Source: Longimicrobiales bacterium
Lineage (GTDB): Bacteria; Gemmatimonadota; Gemmatimonadetes; Longimicrobiales; Gaopeijiaceae
Assembly: GCA_965202985.1 (NCBI GenBank)
Contig: CBDBCF010000001.1
Location: 1,952,001 to 2,016,000, forward strand
Length of the DNA: 64,000 nt
Direction of reading: 5' to 3'
Shown: positions 1 through 9,297 of the stretch, piece after piece
Layout of the letters: the number at the start of each line of letters is the position of its first letter
How positions within the stretch are numbered: the first letter of the stretch is position 1
Translations under genes and position numbers: made by a program
Notes under the pieces: model-generated
Told to the model about the DNA's origin: nothing
Seen by the model: only the letters and a program-made list of their open reading frames with translations
The model's database searches: none

Positions 1-783
1 CGAGGAGCTGCTGGCGGACTTGAAGATGCCGGGCGCGCTCGAAGCGCTTGCCGACGTGCTGGCCCGCGTCGACGGCGGCGCAGCGACGGCGGCCGAAGCG
101 ATCGAGGAGCTGCTGGCGGCGCAGATCGCGTTGCGCAACAGCCGTCGGCTGGCGACGGCGATGCGGTCGAGCCGTTTGCCGTCGGTCAAGACGCTCGAGG
201 AGTACGACTTCGCGTTCCAGCCGTCGGTGAAGCGGGAGCAGATCGTGTCGCTGCACGAACTGGGGTTCGTGGCACAAAAGGAGAATGTCGTGTTCATGGG
301 CCCGCCGGGCGTGGGCAAGACGCACCTGGCGATCAGCTTGGCCGTCGCGGCGGCGCAGGGCGGTCGGCGTATCTACTACGGCACGCGCTCCGATCTCGTG
401 GAGTCGCTCGAGGAGGCTCGGGCGGCCGGCTGCCTCAAGCAGCGGCTCAAGACGCTGACGCACCCGTCGCTGCTGGGGTCGACGAGATCGGCTACTTGCC
501 GGTGAGCCGGAGCGCGGCGACGCTGTTCTTCCAGCTGATCGCCCGGCGCTACGAGCACGCCTCGACGGTGGTCACCTCCAACAAGGGGTTCGAGGAGTGG
601 GGACGGATCCTGGGCGACGAAGTGATGGCGGCTGCACTGCTGGACCGGTTGCTGCACCGATGCCACATCGTCAACATCCGAGGCAACAGCTGGCGGACCC
701 GGCACCATGCCGCCGAGCTGGCCAAGGCGCTGGAAGGTCGGCCGTCGGACGACGGCCCCGGAGACGAAGGGAGCGGATCGTGA
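1..783 (+). pseudogene. istB: IS21-family helper ATPase IstB, split by a frameshift near 476 (5' end may lie outside the window)
   Basis: KTLEEYDFAFQP, Walker A GPPGVGKTHLA. Walker B (LLxVDEIGYLP) is broken across ORFs 20..505 and 496..783. The second ORF has TSNKGFEEWG and ALLDRLLHRC. The shift sits at a GGGG run, so a sequencing error is possible. Confidence 0.92.
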
Positions 784-910
784 CCAGGAATTGGGGCCAG
801 GGCCTCGTCGCCACCAAGAACGCCGTCGCGACCTGGACGATCACGCCGGCACTCCACGTCGCGGGAACCCGCCCCCGGTCGCTCCGCTCCCTACGTTCGG
901 GTCCCCATGA

Positions 911-961
911 GTGTGCAATTTTCGACGGCCAAGAAAGTGCAATCTTCGACGGTTGCTGACA
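911..961 (+). mobile_element. Right end of IS21-family element with tandem subterminal repeats, ending in CA
   Basis: GTGCAATTTTCGACGG (913-928) and GTGCAATCTTCGACGG (937-952), followed by TTGCTGACA ending at 961. Multiple terminal repeats and TG...CA ends are typical of IS21. Confidence 0.8.
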
Positions 962-1664
962 ACCCACTCCGCGTTCGACCCTTCTTCGGACGCTTCCCGT
1001 CCAGCTTCGCCAACTCCGCGCGCGTCGGCGTCTCGATCCCCGACGACCGCGCCAACTCTCGCAACCACGCCTCGTAGCCCGTGCCCCCGTCCCGACGCAC
1101 GATCGAACGCATCGCCGCGTCCGCCTCCAGCGTCGTTGAGTCCACGCCCAACGTCCCGACCCCCAGCAGCCCTAAATCGTCCAGCAGCCTCAGCACGCGG
1201 CCGAACGCCGCGACGTGTGCCTCCACGCTCGACCGCTTGCGCGTCTTCGACAGGCTCGAATGGTCCGGCGCGGGTTCTTCGTCAGCTCGTACCCCAGGAA
1301 CGCGCGCAGCGAAAACGAGTCCCTGCAACGCCAGGCGATGCCTCGCTCCGACGAGATGCCCTCCAAGTACCCCACCATCAGCCCCGGGAAGTACACCCCG
1401 GAGGATTCCTCGGCCGGCCCCCGTTGCCCGCGCAGAACTCCGCGCACACCTCCTCCTCGAACTTGTCGAAGCTGTCCTCCCGCAACAGCTTGTCCAGCGC
1501 CCGATAGAACGGATGCTCGGTCACGCCGAGCTCGCTCGTCGCCACGACCAGCGCCTGCTGGTGCACGCTCGGACGCTCGCCTACCGTCCTTCGAGGGGAT
1601 CGTTCCGTCACTCCAATCTAATCCCAACCAATCGCCGGCTCGTAAGGACTTTATCCACGGGCTG
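962..1664 (-). mobile_element. IS1182/IS5-like transposase remnant, frameshifted and truncated by the IS21 element
   Basis: Three frames give HPFYRALDKLL, GVYFPGLMVGYLEGISSERGIAWRCRDSFSLRAFLGY and PDHSSLSKTRKR...GVDSTTLEADAAMRSIVRRD. The putative end CAGCCCGTGGATAAAGTCC (minus strand from 1664) abuts CTAG at 1665-1668. Confidence 0.85.
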
Positions 1665-2537
1665 CTAGTCGATAGCACGTATGATCAGATCCATAATATC
1701 TTCCAACTCCTTACGGTTGAGCACACTCAGCTCCCGAACCGCCTGAACCGCACTCAAATTTCTGCACGCACGAACAAGCCACTGAGCATTCGCTAGTCGT
1801 TGATTGCCACTCAACTGGATGGTCTCGGCGAGTCGTGTAACAAAGGCCTCTCTAATCTCATGCGATCCCATCACCGAATTTCGTGATACAATCATAACGA
1901 CCAACTTTTCCCAGTATGTCTTGCTCAACCGGACTAAGTCTCGAACCTTCTTCGTCAGATCGGCGTCGTTTCGACCTACCTGAACCGCAAGGCGCTCTCT
2001 CCACCAAGTTCGGGCAAATGGGCAATCCACGTAAACCGTTCGATTGCCTCTCGCTTCCGGCAGACCACTAAGCCGCCGGAGAGCCGTCCGAACGCAATCA
2101 TCCATCATCTTCGCACGCTTCTTCCCGGCCCTCCGAAGCGCCCGGTCAATTCGTTCGGCACCACCGGCGTACGAGCCATTGGCCGCCAGGTAGGCCGCCT
2201 TGATCCGGCCCTGCCGAATGTGATGACAGGTGATGTTGCCCCAGAAGGACGATCGGCATGCGATCCGCGGAGTGAGCATCTCCCATACGTCGTAGAGCAT
2301 CAGCTGGGTGTCCACGGGAGGCTCCCGGTATTCCGTTTCCGTAAGGGGATGTGGACAGAGGGAAACGGTCCCCTTGCCGGTCACCGGTATACGCCCGATA
2401 AACTCCAGAAATTGGTGGTCTTCCTGCAAAGCATACAAGAATTCTTCTTGAAGCTCGCCACCCTTCTCTCGCAGAAGATCCCTTCGGAGCCTCGAGAACG
2501 CTGCATTGTCAAGCTCCTTGTTTCCCACTTTAGCCAT
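1665..2537 (-). CDS. Hypothetical protein, DUF6339-like (290 aa), last gene of the five-gene operon
   Basis: Intact ORF starting 3 nt after the previous stop. LYDVWEMLTPRIACRSSFWGNI and FARTWW resemble my recollection of the DUF6339 motifs LTPxxAxDxRLW and LARLWW. The family call is tentative. Confidence 0.6.
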   Translation of the reverse strand: MAKVGNKELDNAAFSRLRRDLLREKGGELQEEFLYALQEDHQFLEFIGRIPVTGKGTVSLCPHPLTETEYREPPVDTQLMLYDVWEMLTPRIACRSSFWGNITCHHIRQGRIKAAYLAANGSYAGGAERIDRALRRAGKKRAKMMDDCVRTALRRLSGLPEARGNRTVYVDCPFARTWWRERLAVQVGRNDADLTKKVRDLVRLSKTYWEKLVVMIVSRNSVMGSHEIREAFVTRLAETIQLSGNQRLANAQWLVRACRNLSAVQAVRELSVLNRKELEDIMDLIIRAID

Positions 2538-2540
2538 TAA

Positions 2541-3386
2541 CTACATTTCTCCGTTGTCGCTACTGTCAAGCTGCTGATGTGGGTACATGGCCGTCGCTAC
2601 CTCTTCAGGCCGGAACTCATCGTCCATCCATCTAGGAAGGTCTTCATCGTCGAGGTATTCTGCCAGTGCAACAAGATGTCGATCCGTCTGCCAGCGCTCT
2701 TCTTCGCGAAAATCACGCTGAAGTAACGCAAAGCAGGCCGTCACTATGTGCGTCATGATATGATTCCGAATATGGCTTCCCGTACTGTATCGTAAAAAAC
2801 GATGCAAATCGGTGCTTAAGGTCACTACAAACCGAAATGGTTGGCTTTCTGCGTCCACCATAAACGTACCATCTGACAAGTCTCCATCCTGTTTGAGATA
2901 CAACAGATGCAATACCGTAGGCTTCATCCGCACGACAGGTCCGATCGCTATACGGGAGCCTTTGTCGATTTTCACCGTTCGACCCGTCCACGAAGGGTGA
3001 ACATCATCCCGATCGGAACACAACGTCAGCGTTCGTGACTGAAATGCTATCACCATTGGAGTAAGCAACGGCGATTCTCCCATGTCGTCAGCACTCCAGG
3101 ACACCTCCTGTGTAGCCTCCGCCGAGAAGTGTACTCTCCGGTAGGACGACACAGGCGATGACACTGCGCAACAATATCTAGCGGCTCCTTCCCTAACTAA
3201 TCGTCGAACCAATTCAGCGTTCTGCATATCATGCTGCAACAAGAACGACGACCGTTCCTTTCCTGGTCTGAAGTCGATAGCATACTGGCCACTCGGATAC
3301 GACATGTTCCCTGCTTCTAGAACGGGATACCGTCTGGATTTCGTTGCGTTCGCCTCGGAATTCGCGAGCGCAACGATCTGAGTCAT
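2541..3386 (-). CDS. Conserved hypothetical protein (281 aa)
   Basis: ATGA overlap with the upstream ATPase. N-terminal YPVL and LVREGAARYCCAVSSPVSSYR patterns recall proteins usually encoded just downstream of this type of GHKL ATPase. Confidence 0.7.
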   Translation of the reverse strand: MTQIVALANSEANATKSRRYPVLEAGNMSYPSGQYAIDFRPGKERSSFLLQHDMQNAELVRRLVREGAARYCCAVSSPVSSYRRVHFSAEATQEVSWSADDMGESPLLTPMVIAFQSRTLTLCSDRDDVHPSWTGRTVKIDKGSRIAIGPVVRMKPTVLHLLYLKQDGDLSDGTFMVDAESQPFRFVVTLSTDLHRFLRYSTGSHIRNHIMTHIVTACFALLQRDFREEERWQTDRHLVALAEYLDDEDLPRWMDDEFRPEEVATAMYPHQQLDSSDNGEM

Positions 3387-5329
3387 CGACCTCCTCCTTC
3401 TTTGATTCCCGGCGCTACCTCAACCACGAGACTGGCGCTAGGCGCCTGGACGGCGTCAAAATATCCTGGTAGCGAGTAGCTTGCTTCCACCGTGACCTTT
3501 TGGCCTTTGGCAAGGGAGCCCAGTTGGACGCCAACGACTTTGCCGTTCTCCATCAGCAGCACGCAGCCGTCCGCGGCCGTACCGTCTACAAGAACATCGC
3601 ACAATTCTACGTCGGCCTTGGCGTCGCGAACTATACGGTCGCATGTTGAATCGATATTCTCGTCCACAAACAGGCGCAACTCCGCGGATCTACACTGGCG
3701 ATGGCATGTGACCTCAATGCGTCGTCGGTCAACTGACACGGGCACCGTGACGGCGCTGAATAGGGACTCGACGCTCCGCCTCCTGCTTCGACCCGATGGA
3801 TCTACCGTGCTATTACTAGGCTCGCGTCTTCTGGATCGCCCTTGCTGTGACCGAACAGGGTTCCTCTCAGGGCTCCTTTGGCCAACAGCCACTGGTGTGG
3901 CCCAAGAGTCACTGCCACCCCCAAAGTCAAGCACGAGAATGTCGTCCGGACTAAAGGCAGTGTCGGAGACTTCATTGGTATTGTCCAGCAGCCAGTCACG
4001 TAACTCTCCAAAGGCTTTTTTGATGGCCACTCTATCCTCTTTGCCTAAATTTTTGACATTGAGCTTGTCGTGAAGGGGGCCTTCGGCCTCTCTGACTAGG
4101 CGATACAGTTCTGTCGTATCGTCATCGAGCAACAAAAGCGCGTGAAATGGTCGACGATCTCGAAATTTGTAATAAAATCCTGGAATGCCGCCCTTCGGCG
4201 TCTTGTCGTCGGTGATCCACATTCCGTTTCTGAGAAGATCGACCCTAGGACTCCCGGATTGCTTCTGGAGCAGCCGTATTCGCAACGAACCGTGCGACGT
4301 CTCGACCGGAAAATAATCTTTCCCTCGTGTGAGAGCGGTGTAGCTGTCATAGGCTTTCGAACCGCTCAGAAACGCCTTCGATCGTGTTTTCTGTCGGTTG
4401 TCGGTTAGCACGCCACCAATATTGCTGTGGTCAAGGGTCCGAATCCCCGAATCGAGGTGGGTGGCATCGCCTGGGTCCTCGACATGTACAACAAGCTGTC
4501 GTTCGGCGATGGCTTGGAAGAAATTGCACGCCGCAGCCTCCGACACCATGTCCCAGAGAGATCGTGACTCTCGAAAGTTGTTGAAGGAAGGAATGATGAC
4601 GACGCTCCCATAATCCGCATCAGCCAGCAAATCGCTTAGTTGATCACGGATGACCTTAGGTATGTTTGAGCCACGAGCGCAATCGAACAGCTTGCCATTA
4701 CGACCGTTGCGAAACCCCTTGATCAGAAACCCGTCGCCGGAACAGACGTGTGTGCTTGCCATATCGTGTGAGGCATGTGAAGCAATGACCGCGTGACCGG
4801 AACCGATTGTCTCGCCTGTATTGAGGAGGCCTCCATAGAGCAGATAACGTAAGTCCGACGCAGGGATAGCAACAGAATGTCCGTTTCCGTACGTGCCGGA
4901 GGCACCGCCACCCTTGGCGCTTACCCCGTCGCTGAGGAGGGCGTTCATGCGTCGGTCGTCAAGCCCTATACCGTTGTCAAAGATCGACAGTACGCTCTGC
5001 GTCTCCTGTCGCAGCGCATGATCAATCGTCCTTATCACTGAAGAGGCTGTTGGAGCCAGACTGCCACCTGCCATTTCCTCCTGCATCTTAACGGCAGCGT
5101 CAAACGCCCCCTCGTAAGCTCTAATGCCCGGAATGTCGTCCGTGGCCACCGTGGCGAGCCGAAAGCGGACTATAGCTTTGTCCCGGCCGGCCTCGCAGGC
5201 TGCGTCGAACGAATTCTGGACAAGCTCCCGTACAACCGCTGCCGGGCGAAGGTCGTCAAACGCCGCAATCCCGGCTGGGTTGAATCCCTTAATGTCGCCG
5301 GCGGGGCCAAACCGCAGACGAACTGCCAC
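3383..5329 (-). CDS. GHKL (HATPase_c/Hsp90-MutL-like) ATPase-domain protein (648 aa)
   Basis: N box VVRELVQNSFDA, G1 box IFDNGIGLD, G2 box GGGASGTYGNG, G3-like GSVVII. A charged linker and a beta-rich C-terminal domain follow. Confidence 0.82.
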   Translation of the reverse strand: MAVRLRFGPAGDIKGFNPAGIAAFDDLRPAAVVRELVQNSFDAACEAGRDKAIVRFRLATVATDDIPGIRAYEGAFDAAVKMQEEMAGGSLAPTASSVIRTIDHALRQETQSVLSIFDNGIGLDDRRMNALLSDGVSAKGGGASGTYGNGHSVAIPASDLRYLLYGGLLNTGETIGSGHAVIASHASHDMASTHVCSGDGFLIKGFRNGRNGKLFDCARGSNIPKVIRDQLSDLLADADYGSVVIIPSFNNFRESRSLWDMVSEAAACNFFQAIAERQLVVHVEDPGDATHLDSGIRTLDHSNIGGVLTDNRQKTRSKAFLSGSKAYDSYTALTRGKDYFPVETSHGSLRIRLLQKQSGSPRVDLLRNGMWITDDKTPKGGIPGFYYKFRDRRPFHALLLLDDDTTELYRLVREAEGPLHDKLNVKNLGKEDRVAIKKAFGELRDWLLDNTNEVSDTAFSPDDILVLDFGGGSDSWATPVAVGQRSPERNPVRSQQGRSRRREPSNSTVDPSGRSRRRSVESLFSAVTVPVSVDRRRIEVTCHRQCRSAELRLFVDENIDSTCDRIVRDAKADVELCDVLVDGTAADGCVLLMENGKVVGVQLGSLAKGQKVTVEASYSLPGYFDAVQAPSASLVVEVAPGIKEGGGR

Positions 5330-5332
5330 CGG

Positions 5333-6502
5333 CTATGCCCCCACCAAGGTGCTAGCCATCGCAACGGCATCTGTCAACACGGCCGATGCTGTGGCAACAT
5401 CGTCTTCGGTAGTGAAGCGCCCCAAGCTGATTCGTATTCCCGTGGACGCCCGTTCGTAGTCGCAGCCAAGCGCCATGAGTACCCTAGAGGGCTTTGAGGC
5501 TACGGACGTGCAGGCGGCACCAGTCGAAATGGCGATCCTGTGGGAAACAGTGGAGAGTAGCTCCGTACCCCGAAGGCCGGGGAACCCGACATTGAGGTTG
5601 CCGGCTATGCGATGATGTCTGTGGCCGAACAGTCTCATGTCTGGACGACTGTCGCAAAGCTGGTCCGCCAACCAGCGAGAGTAACGAGACATGCGAGCAA
5701 CGTCTGACTGCCACTCGATTGCTGCCAGTTCGCTGGCCTTGCCTAGTCCCACGGCCAGCGGAACAGGAACGGTGCCAGGTCGAAGGCCTCGTTCCTGACC
5801 GCCACCGGCCAGAATGGGAGCGATCGGAGTTCCAGAACGCACGTACAGAGCCCCGATGCCCTTGGGACCGTACATCTTGTGTCCTGAAATACTGAGTAAA
5901 TCCACATTCCAGGCGTCGACGTCAATCTCCATCCGGCCCGCGGCCTGCGTTGCGTCACTGTGGAACAGTACGCCGGCTCGCCGGCACATTTTTCCAATCT
6001 GTTCGACTTCTTGAAGCACGCCAATCTCATTGTTGGCCGCCATCACCGACACGATCAGCACTTGGTCGTCCAAAGCCCGCTCGAGGTCGTCCATGTCGAG
6101 GATGCCGTCACGGTCCACTGGTAGAACGACCGAATCGATGTTGCGTTGATCGAGATGAGCGACCGTCTCCAGCACGGCGGAATGCTCCGTGGCAACAGTG
6201 ACGACCTTACGACGCTGAGGGTACCGATTTGCGTTGACGACTCCCTGGAGGGCGATGTTGCAGGACTCGGTTGCCCCAGCCGTCAACACAATCTCTTCGT
6301 CGTCTGCATTGACAAATCCCGCGACGAGTGCGCGCGCCTTCTCAACTTCGCCGAAAGCATCCCATCCGTAGCCGTGTCCGTTTGAATGCGGATTACCGTA
6401 ACGAGTGCGAAAGAAAGGTAGCATGGCCTCGAGGACACGCGGATCGAGCGGCGTAGTCGCCTGGTTGTCGAGGTAGATCGGATGGCTCGGCACGCTACTC
6501 AC
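5333..6502 (-). CDS. Cysteine desulfurase, IscS/DndA type (~389 aa)
   Basis: IYLDNQATTPLDP, YGNPHS, SGHKMYGPKGIGALY (PLP lysine), RPGT, STGAACTS (catalytic Cys). The GTG at 6502 overlaps the upstream TGA (GTGA); 6493 is an alternative start. Confidence 0.95.
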   Translation of the reverse strand: MSSVPSHPIYLDNQATTPLDPRVLEAMLPFFRTRYGNPHSNGHGYGWDAFGEVEKARALVAGFVNADDEEIVLTAGATESCNIALQGVVNANRYPQRRKVVTVATEHSAVLETVAHLDQRNIDSVVLPVDRDGILDMDDLERALDDQVLIVSVMAANNEIGVLQEVEQIGKMCRRAGVLFHSDATQAAGRMEIDVDAWNVDLLSISGHKMYGPKGIGALYVRSGTPIAPILAGGGQERGLRPGTVPVPLAVGLGKASELAAIEWQSDVARMSRYSRWLADQLCDSRPDMRLFGHRHHRIAGNLNVGFPGLRGTELLSTVSHRIAISTGAACTSVASKPSRVLMALGCDYERASTGIRISLGRFTTEDDVATASAVLTDAVAMASTLVGA

Positions 6503-7875
6503 TCCGTGCAGTCGCAGGGCAGGAGGCTCTCCGAGTACTTGGGAAGAACCTTTCCGTTGGACTCCTCCAGCTTCTCGTACGTCATCCCTTTCGCGCCGAA
6601 GAAGCCGATCGTCGTACTCTCGGGGTTCCCGGTGATCTTCCGGCCCTCCTCTTTCAGATCTCGGCCATACCTTTTCTCCATGCGTACCCACCAACGGATA
6701 TCGGACGGCGTGTCTCGTAGCGAACCGAAATCGGCTACGTCTTCTTCCGCAGCTGAATGCATGCGTTCATGCACATCTTGGAGATTGGACATCCCCTTCA
6801 GGAAGCAGTACACGCAGTTGGAAAGGCTTCCTTCGCCTGGTAACGACAGGTTCCATTGCTGCTGGTCCCAAAACGCGTTTACGTCGTCGCGAGCTATTGC
6901 CATGTCTGCCAGGGGCATGTAAACATGCTCGCCTTCGTAGCCGGAGGAACCCGGACCAGAATTGCGGGCTGAGACGCGGTTGACACGCTTTTCTTCATCC
7001 GCCCGAAGGCCGACGAACGCGACATATTCGACACCGCCGCCTCCGAACGAAACGCGATTTCCGTAGGCCTTGCCGTCTAGCAAGGGGTTGGCGAAAGGGA
7101 CCCACGCCGGACAGTAGTCTCTGTACCGCTGCGTAGGACGGACGTGCGGACGACCGCGGGAATAGGCACGCTTCTTCAGGAATATCTTTCTCGGAACCTC
7201 GCCATTGTTATTCTTGTGCCGCTTGTACAATGTGTCATCGTCCAGACGGGACTCGGTCCCATAGTGTCCAAGACGAGGGATCGCATCCGTACCAGCTAGC
7301 CAATCGCGAAGGAAATGTCGTGTGGCTTCAAGTTTCATGCTTTGAGTGCAGATGCGGCTAAAGACGTTCGGAACATAGCCGGAATAAGATATCAGCTCCT
7401 CAAAGACCTCTCCGCGCCAGTGAAAGCCATTCGGGTTGTCTTCGGAACGGGGCTGGTCATTGACTAGGCGGTAGGCTGGGAGACGAGTCCATTCCCCGTG
7501 TCGAGCGTCTTCGTACGTTTGGTATTCGATCCAGAAGAAAGGTATCCCGTACCGATTCGAAGCGCGCATGCAGTCTTGAACGAATCGATACGTGTCGGTG
7601 TGCTCAGCTGAAGTATTATTGAAGACGATCACGTCACCGCGGCTCGGCTGAAGAATCTTGTTCTCCAACAACACAAACAGCAACATGCCGCTAGAGCGCC
7701 CGCCCGAGAACTTCACGACGTGCGGCAAGTCCAGATGTTTCTTGGCACGGTAGCGGAAGCGGTACTCTTTGGTGGGATCGTGCCGTGGGGGCGGCTTCCG
7801 CAACTTGCCGGAGACGACGAGCCGTGGGACGGCCTGGAGCGTGAGCTGCGAATCGCTGCCGTTCCGCTCTCGCAT
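6499..7875 (-). CDS. PAPS-reductase-family / DndC-like PP-loop (adenine nucleotide alpha hydrolase) protein (458 aa)
   Basis: C-terminal half of the 910-aa ORF, ATG at 7875. PP-loop VKFSGGRSSG, FNNTSAEH, RICTQSMK, VGLRADEEKR, YMPL, SNCVYCFLKG and terminal PCDCTE. Confidence 0.85.
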   Translation of the reverse strand: MRERNGSDSQLTLQAVPRLVVSGKLRKPPPRHDPTKEYRFRYRAKKHLDLPHVVKFSGGRSSGMLLFVLLENKILQPSRGDVIVFNNTSAEHTDTYRFVQDCMRASNRYGIPFFWIEYQTYEDARHGEWTRLPAYRLVNDQPRSEDNPNGFHWRGEVFEELISYSGYVPNVFSRICTQSMKLEATRHFLRDWLAGTDAIPRLGHYGTESRLDDDTLYKRHKNNNGEVPRKIFLKKRAYSRGRPHVRPTQRYRDYCPAWVPFANPLLDGKAYGNRVSFGGGGVEYVAFVGLRADEEKRVNRVSARNSGPGSSGYEGEHVYMPLADMAIARDDVNAFWDQQQWNLSLPGEGSLSNCVYCFLKGMSNLQDVHERMHSAAEEDVADFGSLRDTPSDIRWWVRMEKRYGRDLKEEGRKITGNPESTTIGFFGAKGMTYEKLEESNGKVLPKYSESLLPCDCTE

Positions 7876-8091
7876 TAGTCGGCGACCTCGGGTAGGCGTG
7901 GTGGAGAGAAGAGTTCCGCTGCTGGGTCTTTCATGGCGTGCATGGTCACTCGTAGTACGATGGCACGGCGCTCCGTTCGTGGCAAGTGGCGCGAGTGGTA
8001 CCGGTCCTACCGAAGGCCGACCTTCCAAGCTCCCCTTCCAGCGGCTAGCTTCCGAGGTCCCCGCCATCTTCTCCCCGCCGCCAAGTTGCCC

Positions 8092-9297
8092 GTGCCGCCC
8101 ACCCACCCCGGCGTCCCCCTTCCCCGGTCCGCGCCCTTGGACCCCGCCGAGACGGCCCGCTACGCCCGGCACTTGGTGCTGCCCGAGGTGGGCCGCGACG
8201 GCCAGGAGCGCCTCAAGGCCGCCCGCGTGCTGCTGGTGGGGGCCGGCGGGCTGGGGTCGCCGGCGGGACTGTACTTGGCGGCGGCGGGGGTCGGCACGCT
8301 GGGCGTGGTGGACCCGGACGTGGTGGACGCCACCAACCTGCAGCGCCAGATCCTGCACGGCACCTCGGACCTGGGCGCGCCCAAGGTCGATTCCGCCAGG
8401 CGAAGGCTGGCCGAGGCGAACCCGCACGTGGCCGTCGAGACGCTGGCCGCCAAGCTGACGGCGGACAACGCCCTGGGCGTCGTGGCGGAGTACGACGTGG
8501 TGGTGGACGGGAGCGACAACTTCCCCACGCGGTACTTGGTCAACGACGCCTGCGTGCTTTCCGGCAAGCCCAACGTGTACGGGTCGGTCTACCGGTGGGA
8601 GGGGCAGCTGTCGGTCTTCGGCCTGGAAGGGGGACCTTGCTACCGCTGTCTGTTCAGGGAGCCGCCCCCGCCGGGCGCGGTCCCCAACTGCGCGGAGGCC
8701 GGCGTCTTCGGCGCGCTGCCGGGGGTGATCGGCGCGGCACAGGCCATGGAGACGATCAAGCTGGTCCTGGGCGCCGGCGACGTGCTGGCGGGCCGCCTCC
8801 AGCTCTTCGACGCGCTGGCGTATCGGTGGCGGGAGGTGGAGGTGCGCCGGGACCCCGCGTGCCCCGCGTGCGGCGATCGTCCCACCGTGACGGAGCTCGT
8901 CGACTACGACGCGTTCTGCGGCGCGGCCGGCAACGGAGCTGGCGCGAGCGCGGGCGCAGCCGACGACGAAGACCAAGTCGGCCGCGTCCACCCCGGCGAG
9001 CTTGCGGGCGTCATGTCCGGCGAACCCCGGCCCTTCCTCTTGGACGTGAGGGAGCCGTTGGAGTGGAGGGCGATGAACCTGCGGTCGCTGGGCGCGGTGC
9101 TGGTGCCCAAGGGAGAGATCCCCGAACGCCTGCAGGAAATCCCCAAGGACCGCCCGGTGGTGGTCTACTGCCACAGCGGCGTGCGCAGTCTGGACGTGGC
9201 GCGGACCCTGGCCGCCGCAGGCTACGATCACGTGCGGAACCTGGAAGGCGGGATCGCGGCGGTGCTGGAAGAGACGCCCCAGATGGTCGGTTCGTGA
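8092..9297 (+). CDS. moeB: Molybdopterin-synthase adenylyltransferase/sulfurtransferase (ThiF/MoeB + rhodanese, MoeZ type)
   Basis: RYARHLVLPEVG, GAGGLGSP, TNLQRQ, DGSDNFPTRY, CYRC, CPAC, rhodanese LDVRE...YCHSGVRS. Start is approximate. Confidence 0.93.
   Translation: MPPTHPGVPLPRSAPLDPAETARYARHLVLPEVGRDGQERLKAARVLLVGAGGLGSPAGLYLAAAGVGTLGVVDPDVVDATNLQRQILHGTSDLGAPKVDSARRRLAEANPHVAVETLAAKLTADNALGVVAEYDVVVDGSDNFPTRYLVNDACVLSGKPNVYGSVYRWEGQLSVFGLEGGPCYRCLFREPPPPGAVPNCAEAGVFGALPGVIGAAQAMETIKLVLGAGDVLAGRLQLFDALAYRWREVEVRRDPACPACGDRPTVTELVDYDAFCGAAGNGAGASAGAADDEDQVGRVHPGELAGVMSGEPRPFLLDVREPLEWRAMNLRSLGAVLVPKGEIPERLQEIPKDRPVVVYCHSGVRSLDVARTLAAAGYDHVRNLEGGIAAVLEETPQMVGS

Noticed and set aside
470..500. 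Programmed frameshift in istB
   Set aside because: The shift breaks the Walker B motif at a short G run; mutation or sequencing error is more likely.
863..906. Hairpin GGGAACCCG...CGGGTCCCC enclosing CGCTCCGCT
   Set aside because: Lies within the IS21 3' region and is most simply an IS-internal structure; single copy in the window.
5333..6502. Housekeeping iscS/nifS of an Fe-S assembly operon
   Set aside because: No iscU/iscA/suf/mnmA neighbours; the gene is embedded in a lower-GC accessory operon.
1665..7875. Canonical dndABCDE or sspABCD cluster
   Set aside because: No DGQHR (DndB) protein, SMC-like DndD, DndE or SspB/C recognised; the ATPase is GHKL-type.
7876..9231. N-terminal ~452 aa of the 910-aa minus-strand ORF, suggesting a large fusion protein
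   Set aside because: It is the antisense shadow of moeB; recognisable motifs begin only after ATG 7875.
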